This document shows, one piece after another, positions 24,448-33,091 of a stretch of DNA of 51,920 bases (positions are counted from its first letter, which is position 1; the number at the start of each line of letters is the position of its first letter). Source of the DNA: a virus (Duplodnaviria > Caudoviricetes); the IMG/VR virus record IMGVR_UViG_3300025154_000017, positions 1 to 51,920 of that record; one strand, given 5' to 3'. A program made the translations under genes and the position numbers. The notes beneath the pieces are model-generated. The model did no database searches, was not told the origin of the DNA, and saw only the letters and a list, made by a program, of their open reading frames with translations.

Positions 24448-25380
24448 TTAGATTTTATGGTTATAAAACTCGATTCCCTTTACTGCCCACGGCGGTAGGT
24501 TCAGTTCAATATTGCCTGACTTCCACTGACAGAATACCTGATACCCCGGCCACCGGCCCTCTTTCAGGCACATATTATACAGCTTCAGTAGTTGTTCATA
24601 CTCATACCTGCCTTGTCCTATAAACTGAGCCGAAGCCTCAAAGATGTTAAAAGCATAAGGCTTCCGTTTTTCTTGAGCAATAAAGTAAAACGACCAACCC
24701 CGGCCATCATTGGTGATCATCTCCATGAGGTCAGAATAAAGTGCAGCCTGAATATGATAGCCACCGTCAGCAGCAACACGGGTGAACCCGTCAACCGAAG
24801 CATCAAGGGTTGTCTTTAGGTCAATGATAAAGTGCTTGTCCGGTCTGATATAGTCGGGTCTGCCCTTTAAGTTAATGTCACCTTCAGTTGTATGAAGGAT
24901 ACCGGTTATTGACTTTTCAGCCTCACCTTTCGAGAGTAATGCACGGCAATAGTAATGCTGCATTAACTTCTCTTTCATGTCTTTGATCTTCTGAAAGTCG
25001 CCTTTGTCAATAGTTTTTCTCTCTCCGATAATACGCATTTCACTTTCAGCCCATTGGGTGTATTCCTTAGTTGCCCGCACTTTCTTTATCTCTTTCCCTT
25101 CAGAAGCAGCCTTTGCAACTATGGCTTCACAGATACCCTCATCATTAAATACATAATAATCCGACTCAAATCTTTCAGGCTCCAGGATATAGGTATGATA
25201 AGCCGATCCGAAAGCCATTGCCTCGGTTTCAACGTCAGCCGGTTCATCTTTGTATTGCTTGTAATGTGCCGGTGAAGTTTTAAGGTTCTTCAGTCCTGAA
25301 TAAGAGATAAAGTCCTTAAGGTTGTAGTAATCATCCTGCATTGTAATGGGCGTAAACCCTGTAATAAATTCGCTCTCCAT
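24448..25380 (-). CDS. PD-(D/E)XK exonuclease (RecE/ExoVIII C-terminal-like)
   Basis: ISYSGLK...SPAHY, FGSAYH, KGRPD...IDLKT, YHIQAALY. Confidence 0.88.
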   Translation of the reverse strand: MESEFITGFTPITMQDDYYNLKDFISYSGLKNLKTSPAHYKQYKDEPADVETEAMAFGSAYHTYILEPERFESDYYVFNDEGICEAIVAKAASEGKEIKKVRATKEYTQWAESEMRIIGERKTIDKGDFQKIKDMKEKLMQHYYCRALLSKGEAEKSITGILHTTEGDINLKGRPDYIRPDKHFIIDLKTTLDASVDGFTRVAADGGYHIQAALYSDLMEMITNDGRGWSFYFIAQEKRKPYAFNIFEASAQFIGQGRYEYEQLLKLYNMCLKEGRWPGYQVFCQWKSGNIELNLPPWAVKGIEFYNHKI

Positions 25381-25397
25381 AGTTTAAAGATAATAAA

Positions 25398-25655
25398 TTA
25401 TTTCTTTATTTCAATTCCGTCAACTAAAATTAACTCACCGCACGAGTAGGTTCCCGTGCCTTCGTAGGTCACACCGTTCCACTCGGTAGTCATTTCGTAG
25501 TATCCTTCGCGCTCTTCAGCGTCGAAGTCTATAAGGTCGCCTTTCTCCCATTCGAGTTTATCCCACTTCGGCAGGAAGTCGTCATGTGTCTGTTCACTCA
25601 TTTCGTTTAAGTATTGTCTGTCTCTGTTGAGCCAGTGGTTTTCGTAGGATATCAT
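25398..25655 (-). CDS. Acidic hypothetical protein
   Basis: 85-aa ORF. Confidence 0.6.
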   Translation of the reverse strand: MISYENHWLNRDRQYLNEMSEQTHDDFLPKWDKLEWEKGDLIDFDAEEREGYYEMTTEWNGVTYEGTGTYSCGELILVDGIEIKK

Positions 25656-25942
25656 TTTTCGGGGGTGTAGATGATTAAATCAACAGCATCAATCCACTGC
25701 CAATAATCGAATCCCGGACAGGAACACCTATAAGCCTCACCTTCACTATTGTCCATTATAGTTACTATTGAACCAGCCGGGAAAGCAAAATAAGGCATAG
25801 CCCGAATAACCTTACCCAACCTTTCCGGCACTTCCAGTTCCGGCCACGTTATCCCCGGCGCGTTCATCAACTCTTCAAACTTCTTTGCTGTTGCCTGCAT
25901 CTCTGAGAGGCAGCCCTGTAACTCTTCTTTAAGTGTTTTCAT
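25652..25942 (-). CDS. Hypothetical protein
   Basis: 96-aa ORF. Confidence 0.6.
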   Translation of the reverse strand: MKTLKEELQGCLSEMQATAKKFEELMNAPGITWPELEVPERLGKVIRAMPYFAFPAGSIVTIMDNSEGEAYRCSCPGFDYWQWIDAVDLIIYTPEK

Positions 25943-26979
25943 AACTCTTTGGTTTTCTCTACAATATACAAATTTATTTTGTATAACAGTCCACGTACTG
26001 AGGTAATTATCTCTTTTGCTTCGAGAGTTTTTAACTCTGGTAATGGCAGTGATTTGATCTCTTCAGCCAATTTCAGCAGCTTGTCTTTGTCCGGTGCGGC
26101 AGCCTGTTTCTTTGCTTCGGCTATACGGGCTTTCTCTTCTGCGATAGCACGTTCTTCAGCCTCTTTTTGCGCCCTTGCTTCGGCCTCTCTTTTCTGTCTT
26201 AATTCTGCTTCGGCTTTTTCTTTTGCTTGCCTTTCAGTCTCAATCCGTTCACGGTCTTTTTTTGCCTGCTCAAGCATAGCGGCTTCAGCCTCCTTGCGCT
26301 TCTTTTCAGCAGCAGCAATAACAGCGGCCTGTTTCTTTCTCTCAGCCTCTTGATTGCGTTCCATTTCCTCACGTTCAGCCTTCAGCCTTTCGTTCTCAAG
26401 CCTGATCTCTTCCTGACGTTTCTTCTCAGCTTCAATAGCAGCAAGTCTGTCCTCTTCGGCTTTACGTTCAGCAGCCTTACGATTTTCGTACTGAAGTTTT
26501 ATGCCTGCAAGGTAGTTGTCCCAAACGTCGTCAGTCATTTCACCGAGCATGATCAGCGATCCATCAACTTCGTATTTCTGAAGTTCGGTAACTCTCTCGG
26601 CTCTTAGTTTGGCTTTACGCTCTTTCTCAATGTTCTCCCAATACTTTTCAATACCTTCAAGGGTTTCTTCCACCTGCTCAACGGGTGTAGTCTCTTTATT
26701 TTTCCATGCGTCAACGTAACGCCCGGCAGCGAGGTAAAACGCTTTCTGTGTCCGGTGAATATCGGCAATACCAGTTCTGACTTTAACAAACTTCAGCCTC
26801 AGCGCCTTCGCCCTTACACATAACTCAGGGGTTATTTCTTCAGTGATCAGGGTTTCATAAACCTGCATCAGCCCGTCACGTTCAATGATCTTCGGCATAA
26901 ATGCCTCTTCAATGGTTTTCACTTGTGCCTCTTGTAACCCAAATTCAGCAGGGTTAATCTTTGCGATTTCAGTTTTCAT
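25939..26979 (-). CDS. Long coiled-coil protein (DUF1351-like)
   Basis: E/K/A/R-rich C-terminal half; located beside recombination genes. Confidence 0.7.
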   Translation of the reverse strand: MKTEIAKINPAEFGLQEAQVKTIEEAFMPKIIERDGLMQVYETLITEEITPELCVRAKALRLKFVKVRTGIADIHRTQKAFYLAAGRYVDAWKNKETTPVEQVEETLEGIEKYWENIEKERKAKLRAERVTELQKYEVDGSLIMLGEMTDDVWDNYLAGIKLQYENRKAAERKAEEDRLAAIEAEKKRQEEIRLENERLKAEREEMERNQEAERKKQAAVIAAAEKKRKEAEAAMLEQAKKDRERIETERQAKEKAEAELRQKREAEARAQKEAEERAIAEEKARIAEAKKQAAAPDKDKLLKLAEEIKSLPLPELKTLEAKEIITSVRGLLYKINLYIVEKTKEL

Positions 26980-27002
26980 AATGATTTTATTAAGGTTATT
27001 AA

Positions 27003-27233
27003 TTAATGTTTTCTTCCCCAGTTGCGGTTATCTCTCATGTAGCCCTTAAACTTTGAGCGACGTGGAATAAATATTGCCTGAAGATTTCTTGCCCTAACCC
27101 CTCCAAACATATACTTTCCTACTGTTGTAGGTTGTGCAGGCGGGTTATATTCAATAGGTTCTTTCCTTTTGAACATTGCGGCAGTCATTCCGATAATTGC
27201 GGCCATTAGGCCGAGTTTACTTTGTTTCTTCAT
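27003..27233 (-). CDS. Small basic hypothetical protein
   Basis: 76-aa ORF. Confidence 0.6.
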   Translation of the reverse strand: MKKQSKLGLMAAIIGMTAAMFKRKEPIEYNPPAQPTTVGKYMFGGVRARNLQAIFIPRRSKFKGYMRDNRNWGRKH

Positions 27234-27580
27234 TTTGATACGTAATAAGCTGATTTTAAAACTTTGTCTATTGTAAAACTCTTTTTAATTATACCCTTGC
27301 GACGAAAGTCGTCAAGTTCAATGGAGTTAAATACTGCCAGTGAATAATCACCAACCGGGAGAACGTAATGATGTTTGCCACCGCAATAGGTATTGATTTT
27401 TGAAATACGTGTACGCTTGTCGGCGTACTTCCGGGCAAACCACCAGTGGCCGTAACCCTGAAAGACTTTTGCCTTTGATTTAGTTGTGGCGTAAACAAAG
27501 AACAGGTTTTTAAACCACACCCACCACATTGCAAGTTCTCCGGCAATAGCCTTGTAAATACGAATGATTTTGTTTTTCAT
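27230..27580 (-). CDS. Hypothetical protein
   Basis: 116-aa ORF after a TATTTTG motif. Confidence 0.65.
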   Translation of the reverse strand: MKNKIIRIYKAIAGELAMWWVWFKNLFFVYATTKSKAKVFQGYGHWWFARKYADKRTRISKINTYCGGKHHYVLPVGDYSLAVFNSIELDDFRRKGIIKKSFTIDKVLKSAYYVSK

Positions 27581-27649
27581 TTGATTGTTCCGATTAGTGT
27601 TACGATTACAAAATACAATGCCCCGATGACTATCAAGGCGGCTGTAGGA

Positions 27650-27916
27650 TTAATCTTTTTCATAGTTAGCAATTAGTTTATTAAGAAATTTCATACGTGG
27701 TGCAAGCTCACCCATCGGCCACCAGAAAGCGTAACCTTCGGAATTTAAGGGACGGTGTTTCTCTATATAATCATTTAAATACTCTGCCTCTTGCCTTGTA
27801 ATGCACGAATGTGTCATAGTTGCAATAGTCCAACATAGACACCTCTCTTTTATAATAAAGTTTGGTAGTTCATCCCGCAAGAGGATTAATAGTTCTTTAA
27901 TTGGTCGCGGTTTCAT
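27650..27916 (-). CDS. Hypothetical protein
   Basis: 88-aa ORF. Confidence 0.65.
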   Translation of the reverse strand: MKPRPIKELLILLRDELPNFIIKERCLCWTIATMTHSCITRQEAEYLNDYIEKHRPLNSEGYAFWWPMGELAPRMKFLNKLIANYEKD

Positions 27917-28014
27917 GTGTCTCTTCGTTTTAGTAGGTTAAAGGTAATAAATGTTATTCGTGATTTTTATGATATTTCTCAGGTTTATAACGATTGTTGT
28001 TATTTAGAACGGTT

Positions 28015-28446
28015 CTAAGTTGACGTTACTTTCTTCGCTCCTATTGGCGGTAACTCCACTTTGTCTTCGTCAATAAGAGCCTGCAATTTCAGGTACTTAT
28101 GATTGAACTCCCGTTGTGTATCTCGCAGGTTGTCCACTAATTTAATAGAATGCAGAACCGTCGCATGATCAATACCTACATCTTTACCTATGGTAACAAG
28201 TGTCGCCTGTAGGTTATTAAATAATAAACTGGTGTACATCTGCCGGGCTTCGACGTATTCTCTTTTGCGAGAGTGAGAGAACATATCCGCCTCTGAAATT
28301 CTAAAGGCTAATGCAACTGCCGTTGACAGTTTTCTAAGTCCGGAAACCGCAGCATATTTTTCGGCAAACAACAGCAGTTCTGTCTGAGTGAACTTAGTTC
28401 TTGTATCAGAAAAACATTCAGCGTAAAATTCTATAACAGTTTTCAT
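28015..28446 (-). CDS. DnaA C-terminal (domain IV) HTH protein
   Basis: SRKREYVEARQM......L..IG...G.DHATVLHS..V signature; no AAA+ domain. Confidence 0.85.
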   Translation of the reverse strand: MKTVIEFYAECFSDTRTKFTQTELLLFAEKYAAVSGLRKLSTAVALAFRISEADMFSHSRKREYVEARQMYTSLLFNNLQATLVTIGKDVGIDHATVLHSIKLVDNLRDTQREFNHKYLKLQALIDEDKVELPPIGAKKVTST

Positions 28447-28447
28447 C

Positions 28448-28747
28448 TCACGCAGCCATTAGTAGTTGAACGGTGTGCTTGTCGGCTCTGTGGTCTAAGC
28501 TCAACAGCACGCATCTCACATAGGTTAAACGCCGTCTTTTGGCTAACCATTGATACCGCCTTAACTTAATCAGCCTTGTCAGGTCAATTAAAACAGCACA
28601 CGGGACAAGGCCGATGTTCACAAACATACCCACAATAGCAGCCGGTAAAACAATAGCTGTTGTCAACTCCTTTAAATAGGGCTTTTCGCTGATAAATATC
28701 TCAGGCTGGAAGGGGTGCTTTTGAAGTATGTATGCCGTGTAGTTCAT
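28448..28747 (-). CDS. Hypothetical membrane protein
   Basis: Central hydrophobic stretch. Confidence 0.55.
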   Translation of the reverse strand: MNYTAYILQKHPFQPEIFISEKPYLKELTTAIVLPAAIVGMFVNIGLVPCAVLIDLTRLIKLRRYQWLAKRRRLTYVRCVLLSLDHRADKHTVQLLMAA

Positions 28748-28950
28748 TACTGCTTTAACTTTAAGTTCGCAATGGGCGCATCTCTATTAATGAATATTGT
28801 GGCTGTTTTAAATATATGTCCATCACTGTGCTCGTTTGCAGTCCATACCGCAACCGTGTCTTTGGTATATATTTTAATATGCTCTCCGGTTACTAACTCA
28901 ACGAGAATTAACCTTGCGGGCATTTCCTCTGGAATTGGTGGTCTGGCCAT
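28747..28950 (-). CDS. Hypothetical protein
   Basis: 67-aa ORF. Confidence 0.6.
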   Translation of the reverse strand: MARPPIPEEMPARLILVELVTGEHIKIYTKDTVAVWTANEHSDGHIFKTATIFINRDAPIANLKLKQ

Positions 28951-29062
28951 TGTCTTTAGTTGTTAGTTTATAGTTAAACATTATTCTCCTTAATCCCTGC
29001 AGCTCATTTTTTCTGAACCTGAAATTGAATTATTGAATAAGCAATAAAACTGAGCAAAAAAG

Positions 29063-29389
29063 TCAGTTCGCCCCAGCTTCGTAGTTACCGAAGTCCGGCA
29101 AGTCAATTAGAAAAGCTAAATGATTTCCCCGATTTGCGTCACTGATAACCTCGCCCAAAAGGTCTGCAGGTCGTATGATGTGGGTTTTCACAGAGCATAC
29201 ACTGGCGTTATCAATGTACTTAATTACTCCTCCTCTTTTGGTCGCACTCGATGTAATCAGTGCCGGAGAGATATGAAAGAACTCCTCTGTCTCCGGCGTT
29301 GAAGCCACCACAAAGTTGTTCAGACCGGCAGGTGCACCGGAGAACAGAAGAGCGTTATCCTTTTTATTCTTCACTTTGTATGGCTTCAA
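29063..29389 (-). CDS. Hypothetical protein
   Basis: 108-aa ORF with TTG start after a TACCTTTG motif. Confidence 0.45.
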   Translation of the reverse strand: MKPYKVKNKKDNALLFSGAPAGLNNFVVASTPETEEFFHISPALITSSATKRGGVIKYIDNASVCSVKTHIIRPADLLGEVISDANRGNHLAFLIDLPDFGNYEAGAN

Positions 29390-29419
29390 TACCTATTACA
29401 AAGGTAAACAATAATTCAA

Positions 29420-29851
29420 TTACAAGCGTTGTTTTACAATTATTATTGCAAATAGATCCTCTTTAATAACAAGCGCTATACGATAACCTCCCTTATTCCA
29501 TTTGACATTAACCTCCGAACTACCTACCCTTGCCGATGTACAAAGATTGCTGTAATCCATTAGCCCATCAACGTATGAAGCCAGGAATATATCTTTTGAC
29601 ACAACGTTATCATAGGTAAGGTCATTGTCTGCCATTATATCAATCATACGTTCTGTACAATGTTTTAACCCTACTGGGGTTTGAGCAAACGGGATAATAT
29701 ACCTCCCGTCGCCGATCTTCATTAATTTTTCGTTGACAATATCCGAATCATCATAAACCGTTATTGCTTCTGCAAAGTTTATCCCGATAACCTGACTAAA
29801 CCCTGATAGGGTAATAATCAGTAATGCGATTAAAAAAATTGACTTCTTCAT
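29420..29851 (-). CDS. Secreted/periplasmic hypothetical protein
   Basis: Bacteroidota-style signal peptide MKKSIFLIALLIITLSGFS-Q. Confidence 0.7.
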   Translation of the reverse strand: MKKSIFLIALLIITLSGFSQVIGINFAEAITVYDDSDIVNEKLMKIGDGRYIIPFAQTPVGLKHCTERMIDIMADNDLTYDNVVSKDIFLASYVDGLMDYSNLCTSARVGSSEVNVKWNKGGYRIALVIKEDLFAIIIVKQRL

Positions 29852-30035
29852 GATTTTGGTTTTTAATTAAGGTTATTATTTGTTCAGTATTATAAATTCT
29901 TTCCCCGTGTGAGCGTTTGTCACCACCCACCTGCCCCCTAAGAAGTTAAACATCAGGTCGTGTGAGATAAAACACTTCTTACCCTCTGCCTCGGCTTTAA
30001 CGCATAAGGCTTTTTGCAGTTCGTTTAAGGCTATC

Positions 30036-30494
30036 TCAGGCATGGCTCAGTAGTTCAGGATTCTCATAGATGTTGCCGATGACTTCACAATAGTTTTTGT
30101 CTTCCGACATTGGATATGTTATAGCTTCATCAAGTGAACACGTATATCCCGGCCCATCTTTACATACACTACAACAATTAGGGTTGTAAACAACAAACAT
30201 TCCACAAGAGAACTTAATGGCCTCCGGCTTATCACTCATTTTTGGGTGAACCCTAATAATGTCCCCCTCGTAAATCTCCTTGCCGTTCTTATCCTTCAGG
30301 CCGGTGAACATAACTACCTCATATCTATCGGGCCACAGCGATTCGTGTTCCACGCCCTTCATGGTATGAGCAAACAATTCACCCGTAGTGCCTATAAATA
30401 AATCATGCAGCCGTCCAACATAAGCCTCAAAAATAGGTTCATGCCATTTGTTCTCTTTCTTGTCCCATATACGGAACTTCGGTCTGTCTCTCAT
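30036..30494 (-). CDS. YopX family protein
   Basis: KFRIWD...FTGLKDKNGKEIYEGDI...EVIGNIYENPELL. Confidence 0.9.
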   Translation of the reverse strand: MRDRPKFRIWDKKENKWHEPIFEAYVGRLHDLFIGTTGELFAHTMKGVEHESLWPDRYEVVMFTGLKDKNGKEIYEGDIIRVHPKMSDKPEAIKFSCGMFVVYNPNCCSVCKDGPGYTCSLDEAITYPMSEDKNYCEVIGNIYENPELLSHA

Positions 30495-30506
30495 AGCTTC
30501 TTGTAT

Positions 30507-30728
30507 TTACCCGTTATCCTCATCAGCGATCAGCGTATTACCCATAAGGTCAGTCTGGTCAGCGTTGATCTTTATCATCTCAATCTTAATGTGCTGAGAC
30601 TTGAAAAGTTCAGTCATGTTCAAAAGCGCCTTTGAAACATTGTTTACTGCCTCGAGTGCTTGTCCGTCCCATTGAATACCCGTGAAGATGTTGTTTGAGA
30701 TTACATTGCTTTGTGGTTGTTTTTTCAT
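30507..30728 (-). CDS. Hypothetical protein
   Basis: 73-aa ORF. Confidence 0.6.
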   Translation of the reverse strand: MKKQPQSNVISNNIFTGIQWDGQALEAVNNVSKALLNMTELFKSQHIKIEMIKINADQTDLMGNTLIADEDNG

Positions 30729-30916
30729 TTCTTTTCTCTATAATTTACAAATACCAAATTTATTATCCATATAAGACCTGCCGCTGATAGTAATATAAAC
30801 GAAGGCAATACGTTTGTAGCATGATTGAGTGTCATATACAATGCACCTGATAGCCATATACAAACTATTGCAGCAATGCCTATTAAGACCTTTGTTAACT
30901 TAGTCGTGGGTTTCAT
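30725..30916 (-). CDS. Small two-helix membrane protein
   Basis: Two hydrophobic segments. Confidence 0.6.
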   Translation of the reverse strand: MKPTTKLTKVLIGIAAIVCIWLSGALYMTLNHATNVLPSFILLSAAGLIWIINLVFVNYREKK

Positions 30917-31266
30917 CCTTTTTTGTATTTACCCGTTTCATATTCTTTGTAGTTAGCCCGTCCGTCAGCACGCAGTTCACGAAGCCTCCGCAGGATTGTC
31001 CCGTCCATGAGGTACTCACGGTTAGTAATACGCCTCACAGCACGAACCAAATCCATGACATTAAATATCTCCCTCTGCTGGTTGAACGCAAGCCTTGTGG
31101 CAGCGTAGACAGTAGCCTTGCCCGTTACTCTGAACTCGTTATAGTAGTAAATTCTCCCCTTTGGATCGCCGTCAATATAGACAGCAACGCCTCCGGTGAT
31201 GACCTCGGCAAGCCCCTCACGGCCCTCAAAAGTGTCGCCCGGTTTGGTGATAATAACTGTTTGCAT
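30913..31266 (-). CDS. Hypothetical protein (possible wHTH)
   Basis: DGTILRRLRELR helix. Confidence 0.6.
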   Translation of the reverse strand: MQTVIITKPGDTFEGREGLAEVITGGVAVYIDGDPKGRIYYYNEFRVTGKATVYAATRLAFNQQREIFNVMDLVRAVRRITNREYLMDGTILRRLRELRADGRANYKEYETGKYKKG

Positions 31267-31270
31267 AGGT

Positions 31271-31462
31271 TCAGATTTTTATTGTTACGGTTACTTTAGG
31301 TCTTATTTGGACCACTCGATCTTCATTAATCCAAATCTTCTGATTATCGACATTAATATCAATTTCACAAGTTCCATTATTAAATAAGAACAAATCGACA
31401 AGTGCCGTGACTTGTGCCTCAAGTTTTTTTGCTGCTTTTTGTAGTTCTTCGGTTTTTGTCAT
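31271..31462 (-). CDS. Hypothetical protein
   Basis: First ORF after a TATCTTTG promoter motif. Confidence 0.6.
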   Translation of the reverse strand: MTKTEELQKAAKKLEAQVTALVDLFLFNNGTCEIDINVDNQKIWINEDRVVQIRPKVTVTIKI

Positions 31463-31580
31463 GTCTCTCGGTTTTAATTACACATCAAAGATAAACCACA
31501 AAACAACGCAATTCAATGATAAAAGTCAGCTTATTTGCGATTTTAGTCTATCGAAAAGGCTCGTTCGTCAAAATTAGGTA

Positions 31581-31603
31581 CAAAAAAGCCCCGTTAAGGG
31601 CTT
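31581..31603 (-). terminator. Intrinsic terminator
   Basis: AAGCCCT-TAAC-GGGGCTT followed by a T tract. Confidence 0.8.
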
Positions 31604-31606
31604 CTC

Positions 31607-31747
31607 TCATTGTTTTGTCATCTTGCGATAAGATTCAAAACTAATCCTGCCTTTAGAATAAAGGCTCATTGCTTGATTCACCACACGTTTGTTGCGCCCT
31701 ATTTTGCGTGCGCCTCCGTGCTTCTTGTGCTCTTGCTTCTTTGCCAT
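31607..31747 (-). CDS. 46-aa highly basic protein (MAKKQEHKKHGGARKIGRNKR...)
   Basis: Hand-translated; own promoter motif (31814..31821) and terminator. Confidence 0.7.
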   Translation of the reverse strand: MAKKQEHKKHGGARKIGRNKRVVNQAMSLYSKGRISFESYRKMTKQ

Positions 31748-31846
31748 TTGCGATTGTATTTAGTTACGTTCGCATATCGGCCTCCTTTTTTAATGGTTAT
31801 ACATATGAAAGAACAAATATAAAAACCTTTATTCAAATACACAAAT

Positions 31847-31879
31847 AAAAAAGAGGGCCACCCACCGGATAACCCTCTT
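31847..31879 (-). terminator. Intrinsic terminator after the lysis module
   Basis: AAGAGGGTTATCC-GGT-GGGTGGCCCTCTT followed by TTTT. Confidence 0.85.
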
Positions 31880-31922
31880 CAAAACCCCAAAACTAACTAA
31901 CATGAAAAACCCATGAAGAGAC
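31847..31922 (-). ncRNA. Putative small RNA (U-rich, two UUCAUG motifs)
   Basis: TATCTTTG at 31927..31934, then about 75 nt of apparently non-coding sequence ending in a terminator. Confidence 0.4.
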
Positions 31923-31934
31923 AGAACAAAGATA

Positions 31935-32375
31935 TTAATTTATTTCAATCCACACTTCTTCCCCGTTATTTTCTGCTGCGGTAATCTTTGAGTTTAACAG
32001 ATCACTCCATGCACGTGAATTGACTAACCGGCCCTGAATAGTGTTCTCCCCGACTAAAATGCAGCCCCTGGTATCACTCACCGAGTTACCGGGATGCAAC
32101 ATTACACCTGTGAAGCCGTAAACATTCTGTAAGTATGGCATAGGCCGGTTGAAAGTAGGACTGTGAGCCATCTTAATCCTGTACTTACCCGCAGGTATGG
32201 CCGTGTCACCGTAGATTTTACCCTCGTCAGGATCATTAAAGTCACCGTCGTCGTTTAAGTCAATCAAGTCCCTCACCGGATCCTCTAAACTGTTGCATTG
32301 AAATTCCACCCCGATATACAGCTTGCCTATCGTGTAGGTGGCTTTTTTTATCTTCCGGTAGAGGTAGAGGTTCAT
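31935..32375 (-). CDS. Putative endolysin (DUF5675 / L,D-peptidase-like)
   Basis: TIGKL...LE...KIYGDTAIPAG.Y...HPGN...DTRGCILVG. Confidence 0.8.
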   Translation of the reverse strand: MNLYLYRKIKKATYTIGKLYIGVEFQCNSLEDPVRDLIDLNDDGDFNDPDEGKIYGDTAIPAGKYRIKMAHSPTFNRPMPYLQNVYGFTGVMLHPGNSVSDTRGCILVGENTIQGRLVNSRAWSDLLNSKITAAENNGEEVWIEIN

Positions 32376-32842
32376 CAGAAGGTGTAGTTAGCTCCCCAAA
32401 GTAAGAAGTAATTTTCTTTGGCTGGTGTGCCCTTAACAAAATCCAATCCCACACCAAGTGACGGAGAAAGCCCCATGACGTTAAAAGCAGAACCGGTCAA
32501 TAGAATACCCGTACATGGCCTCTCCGTTGTCGCTACGCTAATTTGTGCTGCAAACGAATACACATTGTAAGGTTCACCATCGACGAGCTTAAACAGGCTG
32601 TATGACGCCCCAAATCCCACACGTGAGGCAAACGACATTTGAAAGCTGTCGAACTTGCCATCAACGTAAAGAGGCTTAAACACCGTCCCTGCTATTGTGA
32701 ACTCAGGCCGGATAAGCAGAACACCACTCAGTGCCCTGTCGCCTGTCTTGAACATATCAGCTGTTACAGGGGTGAAGAATGACTGAGCATGAAGACCCAC
32801 CGTCATCAAACAGACAACGGTGAGCAACATGAGCCGCTTCAT
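32375..32842 (-). CDS. Exported beta-rich protein (outer-membrane barrel-like)
   Basis: Signal peptide, amphipathic beta strands, C-terminal Y.F. Confidence 0.55.
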   Translation of the reverse strand: MKRLMLLTVVCLMTVGLHAQSFFTPVTADMFKTGDRALSGVLLIRPEFTIAGTVFKPLYVDGKFDSFQMSFASRVGFGASYSLFKLVDGEPYNVYSFAAQISVATTERPCTGILLTGSAFNVMGLSPSLGVGLDFVKGTPAKENYFLLWGANYTF

Positions 32843-33081
32843 ACGCTGTCAGTGGCCTTGAACATCAAAATCAAGGCTGAAACATAGCCAACTAACTGGC
32901 CCCCTACTGTAATAATCCCCGCAAGGATTTCGTTCAATGGCTGTGCCTCGTCTGAAGTGATTTTGCCCGTAGCAAGCAAAACGGTGACAACAAGGTTAGC
33001 TGCCATAAGTAGAATACCTGAAATGGTTGTCACGAGGTTTCTCGTTGGTGCTGATTTGTCATAAAATGCTTTTGCGCTCAT
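32839..33081 (-). CDS. Putative holin
   Basis: 80 aa, two TM helices, in the lysis cassette. Confidence 0.6.
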   Translation of the reverse strand: MSAKAFYDKSAPTRNLVTTISGILLMAANLVVTVLLATGKITSDEAQPLNEILAGIITVGGQLVGYVSALILMFKATDSV

Positions 33082-33091
33082 AATAAATTTA

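Noticed and set aside
25949-26607. Plus-strand ORFs here and elsewhere in the track
   Set aside because: Antisense shadows of minus-strand genes, with no recognisable motifs.
27960-31530. TGAT-N5-TCAG operator-like boxes near 27970 and 31517
   Set aside because: Only two degenerate copies in AT-rich DNA and no cognate regulator identified.
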